Shown: piece by piece, positions 24,701 to 32,967 of the stretch
Layout: each line of letters begins with the position of its first letter
Numbering within the stretch: the stretch's first letter is position 1
Assembly (NCBI GenBank): GCA_946965045.2
Contig: OX337228.1
Span: 5,084,001-5,148,000, forward strand
Direction: 5' to 3'
Length of the DNA: 64,000 bases
Source: Epithemia pelagica
Taxonomy: Eukaryota; Protista; Bacillariophyta
The notes under the pieces: model-generated
Databases searched by the model: none
Seen by the model: the letters and a program-made list of their open reading frames with translations, nothing else
Told to the model about the DNA's origin: nothing
Program-made: the position numbers and the translations under genes

Positions 24701-25742
24701 TATCTCGTGAGGCAAAGGAGCATACCGAAGTTGGAGTTGCATCAACTGTAGAAAACGAAATTCGAGGTGTTTTTGCGTCCTTCCCTTGTTCCGAGGTTCG
24801 TTCGACATGTGCAGAGTGGGAAAGTGCAGAGGGTTGTTGGGGTGATCCAATCCTCTCTAGGATTGATGTGACGTGACCATGACTCACTCGTTTTCTCTTG
24901 CTTTGGTCTGTCAGAGTACTCGGATTGTGAATCGAAGGGACCACGAGTTGTTTCTGTGACGTAATCAATTCCTGCAAAAAATCGGAATCGTCGTCGTCGT
25001 CTTCGCCTTCCGATGACAACGAGCCATGTGGAGAGTCCGGGGACAAATCGTGAGATACTAAAACGTTCTCCCGGCTTCTAGTATGGTGATTTTCACCAGA
25101 GTCTCCAGCTCCGGCGATGTTCTCTACATTTTCGGTAGTAAAGTTACTCTTGTGGAGATGGTCATTGTCGTATACATCATTTCCTCCAAAGAGCAGTTGC
25201 TTTGCCTTCTTTTGTAGATTTCGGACCTTTGTTCGTTTTGGTTTGAACGCCTTTATTTCATCCAACATGGCATCAATGCTGTCTTCATCTTCGTCCTTTT
25301 CCTGCTCCACTCGTGGCGCCTCCTTCTCTGTGGTTGTCGAGGGAGGTGCTTGATGATGCGACGATCGATTCGATGCTTCTTGCACAGTATTTAGTGGGGT
25401 TGACCACATATCGCAAGAACCACAATCTCGTCGCAGCGATCCACAATTGGAACATCGTCCCAGGAGCATTCTTCGATCACGAAGACTTCGCGAAGAGGAT
25501 TGATTGTGAGCATGAACATAGGCCGTATCAATATTGCGCTCCAGTCGACCGTCTAAAACGTAACGAACCGAGACCTTCACCTCATGGCTTGGTCGCGCCC
25601 CTGTTTCAGATTTGCTATCATCGAAAGGCGGTGGCCTTGAATCCACCTGGACAATGTGGCCAACACCACCCGGTTGATTGATTCCAGGCCATGCACGGCG
25701 ATCCACCTGCACCAATTCACCAACAATGAAAGGCGACGTCAT
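18750..25742 (-). CDS. Very large hypothetical protein (about 2330 aa): N-terminal Tudor-like domain, CxxC cluster, long disordered region and long helical C-terminal half
   Basis: Uninterrupted 7-kb ORF. Likely start MTSPFIVGELVQVDRRAWPGINQPGG, followed by GRCSNCGSLRRDCGSCD. Confidence 0.8.
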   Translation of the reverse strand: MTSPFIVGELVQVDRRAWPGINQPGGVGHIVQVDSRPPPFDDSKSETGARPSHEVKVSVRYVLDGRLERNIDTAYVHAHNQSSSRSLRDRRMLLGRCSNCGSLRRDCGSCDMWSTPLNTVQEASNRSSHHQAPPSTTTEKEAPRVEQEKDEDEDSIDAMLDEIKAFKPKRTKVRNLQKKAKQLLFGGNDVYDNDHLHKSNFTTENVENIAGAGDSGENHHTRSRENVLVSHDLSPDSPHGSLSSEGEDDDDDSDFLQELITSQKQLVVPSIHNPSTLTDQSKRKRVSHGHVTSILERIGSPQQPSALSHSAHVERTSEQGKDAKTPRISFSTVDATPTSVCSFASRDTKDSEPNRSESNQSARFPSHIGESQSPLNPSQADLVYEEYPYEGNHDDEANDFIQPEGDAEEMPRDIVDQTKSISFLELPAFFDRLAQDMETRTIPSARQELANMTASIQPETSLRQIEKAEASYNRLLGELVRYGRDQCQNVLRKLSNRHEYRKHKAEMPAPQLSQFRGTKLEAREMRFQELDRTIESILAEFRHHIRLLEDQAQDEEEMRHQRHGSVDNPEEDEFSSNNSIPENDSDSTIHALRTMSPNRRSLDDPRTLSAFDRHQHARFKRPKRCTIVVDSNSSTKASKQTRKDKRKRRRSGGYGSEEYCLVVGNKQSNAGRQELHDERDNAHQADGPSSDDGGNSSMTQLEKETRQDNRSSVVIRRSDSNEATFARNRQSVRQNNIAILGSSTHPLESGASLTRSRPSEQNQDNSMPHFAFGRGNGTYQERSSSRDQRATKRRSTERSNNTESRAIAAMEQFLRINSEQEPQGGGTVNFSRSSHQPNAGQVRSSRSVHGSKQNEFSSVQEASTRTRSATMFSLLRNRDRLSRDASVTTSRTAPLSDDNISSICANIAEGYQTQLDCSTSLDRLIDTLNSDSDIEPQNRILIWRTLLGSLRSEKGRKTIQEMLAEGQTDELSVHVKLLVATLSLMLKVKERSQSLIDKSASNIFNPCASAFFLGMVVHQFVEAILSLLFPSAWGLREIPDWAKHMKDMNTLLSALSLHENMIERTCQCILEELQIQQWRVASDGDHVYLSGVDSAVWSAFLDDMTTVKVLKPTTTRYSCIGQNLPRCEVDAIWGVLAFVVSSEQKASTNGVSMWQLLADILLRGTLVHSDSDMPPSPLQVQECQWEINHLSDLVPKLQGVSYKDSFLTNVVKRCALIGTYLEQQMSLLPEVVQHGINSSFEKVSGRIKKMFVLDDSMASASGITGMNGNVASGLMIPPGEHPVEVTFLLPSSGIHRQCLALFCEWIGRLPPKKVRINSFMKKTKIKWTEEIEAWLNNERATKSEQDSFQEAFSPSLGYEVSKTRTRLSEFAAFFDVLSFVCIAVRTDFALPKPQGKELAKNIWGLLSDRRMREHFHVVSSKSNEQCDCKVDTFLVQTAAKVVAFLVLCIAGINPMDPFCRLGRGQLLEHSSLESSLDFLAVALVTCLDCCSHSWEAICFVSGCLGTTVMYLKRLAHSTESEDWQVKGASLFLRCCWDKFLPVFCRCFGSTGPENHSSSMEHAISLLLSILYGLVPDSLGSTTSPPLIQNSPPKTDTGNEDGMEFGLDDSVLVQILDSCETKISQVHVVSLANLLWETFEHSKPSTRFDIGSGMSSARGVAVSRKSSLVCLSLAKLTLLCCDEAVADLILGQLNVQKIQGHKPEDKMYFEQSCFVYLSELLRRNRPLSFVHLEKHMESIALGVISMSLETGLIRKLPSLSLALNSVFDMNGRGPQCNEYFRLKAFTSGKLPALQQRYIEYREVCQGLLFRLQELKSSPGVTSLYESRCLEELDNDLTKKPVSLRPSMEGAMFDRLRLLRGVICQTSSTRNPEDFHRLSILLSQSSWELLCLCESLGNMVNVGENRLKETLRCYSVFYAAFTSWFILRATTDPITSPGFRKTLHEHYLSSLLRCSRSCPNGVLRRLATTTFTDGKLDIKSNDPTYEQVHDVLDLPLIMTGRCRQIIFCCAIEFSRGEFFRSSSSSFQALVNLCHEDNVARSVAHTLSGHREDPMDESMGSSFSRIVESYMRLIDVEKLSHGNGIKQGLDGLKRHTFEEILVRRLSRPRLRGLERLASLHLLRYMLEEDDSDNSVNDSSSTEYGLKVTCALFRSLSTTLMSILSEPKLHVEALYTALVCVRSCVCLPSRRVERNGKGWILDWCLSRSAQVDQETFDGSAYRYIMVTSRYFKRLSNLLRDRHDLNDYRRGLHHKRWEDQRLLFGWDDLDSEAKALEETIGLVSGTTSTSLQVNVYSKTAPSENVDFPEFVPSEQTERLAQMIVSEIIRGLPVER

Positions 25743-26119
25743 ATCGGGAGAAACAATCGTTGTTGCAATGGAGAAGAGCGCTGCTTCAAGTGATCCAAGC
25801 CATTTTCTATTTTCTTGGGACTCGAACAACGATTGCGCTTTGATGTGGAGGGTGGAGGTGCACCAGTCGAAATGGGACCAATGATGGTGCTCGTGCGCGG
25901 GCGCCTGGTCGCCATGCGCGTTAAATAGACGCCAGCCGACACATGATTCATCTCCGAACACAAATCGCAAACCACAAACCCTGTTCCCTACGCCGAAAGC
26001 AACAACCACCCTCATGTACTGTAATATCTATTGTACTTTCCATGCCGAGAGCATCACATATTCTCATGTACCTTGAAAGGTTCATGCCTCCGTCTTACTG
26101 CGCTTTTCCCGCTTCTTCC

Positions 26120-26795
26120 TTACTGGACTTTGTATTGAGATTGGCTGAGATCGACCACTTTGCCCAAGTTCTCACTATTGTTGTTATCAAATGCCGTGGT
26201 CCCTGTACCTTGAATCCCAATACCGCTCCCCAACCACCCAGGACCGAGGATCACATTCATAGCAAAAAAGAAGGCAATGGCTGCGGCAAGTATATAAGTG
26301 AAAATATTGATGCCCAAGAGCTGTGTGGAGTGTTGGAGTCGTTCGGGAAAGTACATGATTCATGTTCACCGTTGTCAGAAAAACAGATCAGAGTAAGTCG
26401 TCTTTCTTTCAATTACATGATAGCGCCACAAACATGACGAAACAGAACGTAAAAGAAGCGCGTACCTCTTTCATCACCATCCATTCAGGGGGCCGTCGAG
26501 ACTGGATTTCTTCCATCAAACCTTCTGGCAGGTCATCTTCCCCAAGAAACACAATGTCTTTCTCGTCCATCCTTGACATTATGTCCTCCTTGTCGTCGTT
26601 GTTGTTCATCGCTCCAGCTAGGCGAACCGGCCCATTTCTCCGTTCATCATGAGATAACTCCAGAAATCCATGCCGTATGTTCTTAATTTCACCGACTGCG
26701 TAATTCGGCCGTAATAATTTGGAATTCGTTCCATGGGGCAGTGGAAAGGACTGAGAGTGGTGAAGCATCAATGCCAGCAACAAAAAGAACCCCAT
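26120..26795 (-). CDS. Hypothetical plastid-targeted membrane protein, 2 exons
   Basis: Signal peptide MGFFLLLALMLHHSQSF. GT-AG intron 26465-26321 joins WMVMKE to LLGINIFTYILAAAIAFFFAMNVILGPGWLG (hydrophobic segment). Confidence 0.7.
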
Positions 26796-27015
26796 GCTTT
26801 TGTTTGTGTCGCCGTTACCTTATCTCTATCTTTGTCTTCTTCGTTGACAACGAAAAAGATACCGTCGTCGTCGCGCTTTTTCTGCGAAAAAATGAGACGC
26901 ATAACCGTCGCACAATTGTGTTCCACGTGTCGACGTGGGGAGGATGACGATCACTTTGCCAAACATCAAGACCCATACTCATCTTGTACATGGCTTGCTG
27001 ACAACCACTAGCATC

Positions 27016-27882
27016 ATGAAAATAATACTCATCTTGTTTGGACTCTCATTAGTATCTTTCCATGTGAACGCTCAGGAGGCCGAAGTACTCTCGGAGGCGG
27101 GGGTTGTTCCCGAGGCGGACCTAGACCAAGGGCTCGTCGATCAAGCCGAAGAAACTATTGATTTGGATTCTGCTGATTCCAGCAGCACAATGAATGAATC
27201 GCCGATGGCCCCAGATGATGGCTCGCAAACAACGGAAAAAGCGGGTATCTCTGATTCTAATACTGTGGCACCAATTCAAAGTGGACCTTTGATCGATTTG
27301 TTTGGACCCACCCTCCTATCACTGGAGTTCACCGATAGTACGACTGCCCAGTTCAAGGAACACTACACAAACGAGATACTACGAGATAAGAAGGTGATCG
27401 GTGTTTATTTCAGCGCAGATTGGTGTGGTCCTTGTAGAAAATTTACGCCAGACCTCATCAAATTCTACGAAAGGATCAATAATCGGAGAGGACGAAAGGA
27501 CGAGTTTCAGATTGTCTGGGTATCGCGCTGTCGTGATGTTCAGAGTTACGGCCAATTCTTTGCCCATATGCCTTGGATTGCCTTGCCACCGCAGGAGGCC
27601 ATGGGGGAGCGAGGTGAAAAGTTGAGCAAATTGTACGGCGTCAAAGGCATCCCAACTCTTGTTTTACTTGATGATTTTGGAGACGTAATCAACAAGGATG
27701 GTAGAAATATGATTCCCAAGGACAAGACTGGGATTGGTTTTCCTTGGCGCAACCCTGTAGCATCAATATACATGACCTTGGTTCCGAGAAGTTTGCGATT
27801 TTTGGTCAAACGGGAAATTGGTATGTTGAGGCAAAAGGCTTTGGGCAGGATAAAAGCAATCCTTGGCCTCGGCAAAGCATAG
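27016..27882 (+). CDS. Secretory-pathway nucleoredoxin/tryparedoxin-like thioredoxin-fold protein
   Basis: Signal peptide MKIILILFGLSLVSFHVNA. VYFSADWCGPCRKFTP active site and YGVKGIPTLVLL. Confidence 0.88.
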   Translation: MKIILILFGLSLVSFHVNAQEAEVLSEAGVVPEADLDQGLVDQAEETIDLDSADSSSTMNESPMAPDDGSQTTEKAGISDSNTVAPIQSGPLIDLFGPTLLSLEFTDSTTAQFKEHYTNEILRDKKVIGVYFSADWCGPCRKFTPDLIKFYERINNRRGRKDEFQIVWVSRCRDVQSYGQFFAHMPWIALPPQEAMGERGEKLSKLYGVKGIPTLVLLDDFGDVINKDGRNMIPKDKTGIGFPWRNPVASIYMTLVPRSLRFLVKREIGMLRQKALGRIKAILGLGKA

Positions 27883-28408
27883 CGTTTGCACCATTGACCT
27901 TGAGTATCACTTTGGTGCAAGACTGAATGAGACTGACTGGAGCGATGGTTGGTTGGGCAAGAACTTTTAGCTCCAACCAGATTATGTGAGAGACGTCTTG
28001 TTCTCTTTGAATTAATCGGAAAGAACCAGATTCATTGCAGCTTTAATTCTCATGGACTCTCGTTAGATCTAGGGCCCTCTCTCTAGGAACTAGTTGTAGG
28101 AGCATAGCCCGTTGGAAATAGACAATAGTTTCCCTATCTCCTCCAACATGATGTTTTACTCCCATAGCTACCCCGTCAAGAAGATCCTTGATATTTGCTT
28201 GATCTTGATCCCGCAAAAAGATACGCACACGCCGAAAGATTTATCATGTCTACACGTGGAATACATCAAGATTGTGTTGATTTTGATCTTCTTCGTCACC
28301 GTCATTCGTTTCAATGAACCGAGAGTGTCTTTAACCTTCGCTCTGGAGGAGTTCAAGACGACAAAAAGCACAAACTGCTTGTCACGATCTTAGGAGCATA
28401 CCGTACCG

Positions 28409-30337
28409 ATGAATCCCTCTGTCTGTATAACTGCGCTATTGGTCATCGCTTCGGTTGATGCGTTCACGTTGAAGAATGGCCCTTCGACATGTCGGATGAA
28501 AACTGCTCAACATGCCGTCGCCCCGCCATTGATTGTAGGGCCGATGATCAAGAAAATGAGGGAGGAGCAAGCCAAAAAGAAAATGCCCATGGCTGATTCG
28601 ACGGAGGCTGCGAACGAAGCCCCGGGGTTAAGGGTCGGAAAGAAATCTTGGCGCTGGCCACCGGTGTGGCCGTACGATCCTCAATTTTTTACTCCCAACA
28701 AGCGAGCCGATGAAATGGAACAGAACAACAACTTGAATCAGATGGCAAGCGCCCTGTCCGGTATTAGCCAGGCACAAGTGGGTGGTGAGACTGAGGATGG
28801 GGATGAGGAATTAGACTCTTTGAAGTTCTTTGCTGGTGAGGGTGCAGTGGAGACCGAGCTTGATCGAGAAGCGGCCGCGAAGCTGACAGAGCACTACCGA
28901 TTCTATCTCAGAGATGACATGTCGATTCTTGAGCTAGGGGCAGCAGAAGAATCATATCTTCCGTTCAAACCTCGTCGGCATGTTGGTGTAGGCGCAAGTA
29001 CGACGTTAATGGAGAAGAATCCCTCACTCACAGAACAAATGGTTGTTGACCTTAACAATGTCGAAGAAGGTCGGGATGTGGATAACGACGAGTTTCGTTT
29101 GCTGGCCAAGGAGCCCTTCGACGCTATCATCATGTCCAATACCGTCAGCTACTTGATTAATCCTCGTGAAGTCCTCCGTAGTGCTTGGTATTTGTTGAAA
29201 CCGGGTGGTATATTATTGGTATCTTTTGCAACGCAAGGAGCGATGAAAGATGACTACAAAGACTTGCAAACGCGAATGTGGACACGGTACAATGACGATC
29301 AACACATGTGGATGACTGGATCTTTTTTCCAGTTTTCCGCTGGGGAAGGTTGGGAAAATCTGCTGGGGTTTGATATTTCGCCCGATTCGGCCAAAGACAT
29401 GACAAGCACTGGTCCAATGGCCGTTCTGGATCGCGGGAAAAGTAATAATATGTTTGTTGTGCAAGCCACCAAGGGCTACCAGGACGACAAAGTAAATCCA
29501 GAGGACCCAGAACCGTCCATTCGAAGTCTCTGTTGGATGTTGCCAACCCTAGAAGGACGCGACAAGAACTTGGTGGTTCCTCGCCTAGCCAGAGTCTATG
29601 AAACTACAGATCAGGCGGAGGTTCGAACGGCAATCGAGGACCACATCTCGTTACTTCCTAGAGTATACGAAGAGCTGGTTCGCATGGATGCTTTCGCCTT
29701 CACGTTTAGTATGCAGGCTCAATTGGCGACAGATTTGCTGTGCAATCCTAGATTCACAGCATCGGACGAGCAAATGACTGCTTTGAAAGAAGGGTTGGGT
29801 CTTCGTAAACCAGGTCCCGATTTCTGGGGTCCTGTAGGTCAAAACACTGCCGCCATTCCTGTCGAAGAAAAAATCAGTCTGTTGGGTTACCTCGTCCCGT
29901 GCTTTGGCTCTGGAGACCCGGCACTAGAAGAAGCGCTGGAGTCATATGTGTCTGGTCTGCTTCCCACGTACGAGGTTATCAAGTCGAAGTGTCCGGGTCT
30001 CCCTGAAGAAGACGTGCAGCTCATGGGAGCGGAGGTTCTGGCTTATGAATTGCTGACACCAGGTAAAACGAGCCGGGAAGAGTTTGCTCGCTGGTTGGGT
30101 GCCTTGTCGAAAGAAGAGATATTGAATCTCCTCGACGTTCGAAAGTCTTATCGGCGAACGGCCGCGACATCGCTGAAAGAGTACTTGGAAGCCGAAAAGG
30201 CAAAGGAAGCAAGGTTGGAAGAGTTGCGAGCAAAGATGGAACAACAGAAGGAAACTGCGAGATTGGAACGGTCCATGATCTTTAATCCACGAACAGAGAA
30301 ATTCGAGAAATTCGACAATCCAAATAAGTCAAAATGA
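28409..30337 (+). CDS. Plastid-targeted class I SAM-dependent methyltransferase-like protein with a long C-terminal extension
   Basis: Signal ending ASVDAF. LTEHYRFYL...ILELG...NPSLTEQMVVDLN...FDAII...VSYLINPREVL...LLKPGG...GSFFQF resembles the cyanobacterial/plant Methyltransf_11 family. Confidence 0.82.
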   Translation: MNPSVCITALLVIASVDAFTLKNGPSTCRMKTAQHAVAPPLIVGPMIKKMREEQAKKKMPMADSTEAANEAPGLRVGKKSWRWPPVWPYDPQFFTPNKRADEMEQNNNLNQMASALSGISQAQVGGETEDGDEELDSLKFFAGEGAVETELDREAAAKLTEHYRFYLRDDMSILELGAAEESYLPFKPRRHVGVGASTTLMEKNPSLTEQMVVDLNNVEEGRDVDNDEFRLLAKEPFDAIIMSNTVSYLINPREVLRSAWYLLKPGGILLVSFATQGAMKDDYKDLQTRMWTRYNDDQHMWMTGSFFQFSAGEGWENLLGFDISPDSAKDMTSTGPMAVLDRGKSNNMFVVQATKGYQDDKVNPEDPEPSIRSLCWMLPTLEGRDKNLVVPRLARVYETTDQAEVRTAIEDHISLLPRVYEELVRMDAFAFTFSMQAQLATDLLCNPRFTASDEQMTALKEGLGLRKPGPDFWGPVGQNTAAIPVEEKISLLGYLVPCFGSGDPALEEALESYVSGLLPTYEVIKSKCPGLPEEDVQLMGAEVLAYELLTPGKTSREEFARWLGALSKEEILNLLDVRKSYRRTAATSLKEYLEAEKAKEARLEELRAKMEQQKETARLERSMIFNPRTEKFEKFDNPNKSK

Positions 30338-30381
30338 TAGAAGTAGGAAAACCGAAATAAGATATCTTGTTCTAAATTGTT

Positions 30382-31467
30382 TTATTCGAAAGGGAGCTTC
30401 GGCGCCTTGGTATTCGTTCTAATGTCATTCGAAGGCTTTGAGAAAAAGCCATGAGGATTCTTTACATTGGCTCGGAATTCCACCCAACAATCCGCACCAG
30501 CTGCCTGCGAATCAATCATTTTACGGCCACCATGGAGAACTCGGCCAGATTGTAGCTCTGGAAGTGATGCAGCCATGAGCGATTCTTGTGCCTCGGCGAA
30601 CATGCTTGAGTAGCTTGTACGATCACAAAGCCGAACATCGATTCCGAGGAAATCTGGATGCCGAATAACCAGCTGTCCAGCTTTAGCCCCAGTGTGACCT
30701 ATCTCCCTTTGTTGAAATGATGCATCATCGCTCAGACGCTCTGAACAACTCTGGACCGAATCGCAGTGAAATACAAATGAAGGAGGAGACAATCTCAAGT
30801 CCTCTGCAGCGGTTGGGAGCGGTCGTATACATAGACCACTGGAGTACTGGTATAGGCCTGCAACAGGCCTTTTCAGCTGAGATATCCTCAGTTCCTTCAT
30901 AAGAGCCATGCCTGGAAGACTGGAAGAGTCGGTGGGCAACGCAATTTCCTTCAGTGAATTGGTTGAAAAGCGGTGTACCGAATCGGGACGAGCAGTGCTT
31001 TCATCAAATCCCAATAGTGTCGATTTCCTCCGTCCAAGCAAGTCGGATGCACGAAGGGCATCCCCGAGCGTTGAACGTAACATTATTGGGAAATACCTCC
31101 AAAGGGACTGAATGTTTTCGGCTAGAGTGGTTTTACTCTCGTCAAGTGTGTTGCTCTCGATGATGCCAAGAACCTGCTGATGTTGAGAGGAGGGCAGCGG
31201 CGATAGACTCGTAGTCGGATGGACAGAAATCCAGTGTATCAACGCTCCCGTGTTGGGACATTCGAGAGCAATAGAATCCCATTTTGGTGCAAATGGACTG
31301 GTTTGTTCAAAAACTCTTTTCCATATGGTAGTGTCGTGTTCGTTGTTGTTATGTGTTTCTTCTTTAAAGCGCCATCCACAGATCACTGCAAGCCGCTCCC
31401 GACATTGTCTTGATGCTTGCGGAGAGGGAGAAAGAAGATGAACGACGGGAACCAAGCTTTTTTTCAT
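30382..31467 (-). CDS. Hypothetical protein
   Basis: 361-aa uninterrupted ORF with an ATG and globular-looking composition. No family recognised. Confidence 0.7.
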   Translation of the reverse strand: MKKSLVPVVHLLSPSPQASRQCRERLAVICGWRFKEETHNNNEHDTTIWKRVFEQTSPFAPKWDSIALECPNTGALIHWISVHPTTSLSPLPSSQHQQVLGIIESNTLDESKTTLAENIQSLWRYFPIMLRSTLGDALRASDLLGRRKSTLLGFDESTARPDSVHRFSTNSLKEIALPTDSSSLPGMALMKELRISQLKRPVAGLYQYSSGLCIRPLPTAAEDLRLSPPSFVFHCDSVQSCSERLSDDASFQQREIGHTGAKAGQLVIRHPDFLGIDVRLCDRTSYSSMFAEAQESLMAASLPELQSGRVLHGGRKMIDSQAAGADCWVEFRANVKNPHGFFSKPSNDIRTNTKAPKLPFE

Positions 31468-31553
31468 GGGGACAAAGCTAGTTCAGCGGTAGAACGGAAG
31501 TCTTTCGTCATTTTTCCAATCGAAAAGCGACATCGACACATTCTACATTCTAT

Positions 31554-31574
31554 TAGGAGTACTCGCTACTCCTA
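31554..31574. promoter_or_regulatory. Inverted pair of the recurrent TAGGAGTA/TACTCCTA motif
   Basis: TAGGAGTA-ctcgc-TACTCCTA is a perfect 8-bp inverted repeat, 87 bp upstream of the 31467 ATG and 20 bp from the transposon insertion site. Confidence 0.45.
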
Positions 31575-31595
31575 CAATACTTCTCCTTTAGGGTA

Positions 31596-31629
31596 CAAGC
31601 TGAGTTCAGACAGAATGTTCCTGACGTAG
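31596..31629 (+). repeat. Left terminal inverted repeat (34 bp)
   Basis: caagctgagttcagacagaatgttcctgacgtag, preceded by TA. Confidence 0.93.
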
Positions 31630-32223
31630 CGCTCCAGTAGGAAATCTACGTAATCCGCGCGAGCCATCCCCTTAATATAGCCCTTCTATTTATGCCTCTA
31701 CCGTTCTACCAAAAATTGACCATGGTGAACGGTCCTTTTGACCGATCTCTTGCCAAATAGGAGACGGCTCCATGATCCCATGCTCTGAACCTCTTCTCCA
31801 TTCATGGGTTGAGCATGGAGAACGATGTCGGCGCTGCATTCGTTTTGTAGGTGTCGTTTTATCTAGTTGAAGGTGGTCGCCGCGCGATTTACTACGGCGA
31901 CTCACGGCAAAACTTGGTGCAACCAATGCACCTCTATTGTAGAATCGAATGATAGAAGATAGAACAAAGACTATGAACACTTGTAGCGTTGTTCACGTCA
32001 AAAATTGATATTCTTCTCGTTAGATATATGGAACTTAGACTAGAAGTTGCGTCGTTCACAACAAAGATTGATGTTCTTTTCTTTGTTGTGACTCACACAG
32101 CCGTACCTGAACGCAATGTATTGTACGGTAAACGTAACACAACTATAGAATTAGATCGTATTCATAGAGAATGAAGATCCTACTCAAATGATAATCATAA
32201 AACGCTGCTACATTGTTCACTAT

Positions 32224-32796
32224 CTAGGCTTGTTGATGATTAAAGAAGAGATTTTGAAGCGGGTGCTTGAGCATCATCGCACCAAGCGAAATGTTGAAGC
32301 GATCCATATCCTTGCTGCCCATGTAGATTGTAACGACCTGGGGTTCCATGCAGGCTTTAGGGTTGATGGAGCAGCGTGTGTAGAGGCGGATGCGTCCCAT
32401 GGGAGGTCCGTTCTTGCTCGTCTTTCCAGAGACCTGGTCCAGGTGCGACAGAGCAATGAACCCAACTGGAACAACCAACGCTGGTTCCTCATGCTCGCTT
32501 GTTGCATCCCGGTCAAAGACTGCAATCCGTAGGTAGTCGGTCGCAAGCTCCCGCTGCACAAGCAGATGGCCACGGTCGACGATGTTGTGGCCAGTGTCCT
32601 TGTTTCTCGACATGGGCCCGATGAGCGCGCAAACATCGCTGGCATAAAAGCACGACTTGAACGGGAGACCAGCACCACCCTCACGGCCATCCTCTTCGTT
32701 GAACTCGAACTTCGTCCTCATGTTGGTCATCTTGTTTCTTCTTCCTTGCCTCTTCCTGTCGTCTCTGTTTGATTGTTCCATTGCACGGCGGGTCAT
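32224..32796 (-). CDS. Transposon cargo ORF A, hypothetical (190 aa)
   Basis: ATG-started ORF divergent from cargo ORF B. Basic N-terminus followed by a globular-looking region. No family recognised. Confidence 0.5.
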   Translation of the reverse strand: MTRRAMEQSNRDDRKRQGRRNKMTNMRTKFEFNEEDGREGGAGLPFKSCFYASDVCALIGPMSRNKDTGHNIVDRGHLLVQRELATDYLRIAVFDRDATSEHEEPALVVPVGFIALSHLDQVSGKTSKNGPPMGRIRLYTRCSINPKACMEPQVVTIYMGSKDMDRFNISLGAMMLKHPLQNLFFNHQQA

Positions 32797-32967
32797 TCGG
32801 AAGTTGCTTCATGCTGCAAGTTGATTTTGTGGCGCGCGCCGATATTGTTCACGAATGAGCGCGGGGGGATTCCCTAGATGACACAAGAACGGAGAGCGGG
32901 CAACAATCAAACAAACAAACACAACAATCAAACGAACGAATCCCTATTGTGTTCTCACTTTCCAACG

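Noticed and set aside
25743-26015. Upstream in-frame extension of the 2421-aa ORF
   Set aside because: It begins at a non-ATG codon in a eukaryote. The first ATG in plausible context directly precedes the Tudor-like domain.
28043-28371. Short protein-like minus-strand readings between the nucleoredoxin and methyltransferase genes
   Set aside because: Interrupted by stops, with no convincing family match. A weak SUMO-like impression did not hold up.
31690-31980. 96-aa ORF near the left TIR
   Set aside because: No ATG at the start, no motif, and no convincing splice link to ORF A.
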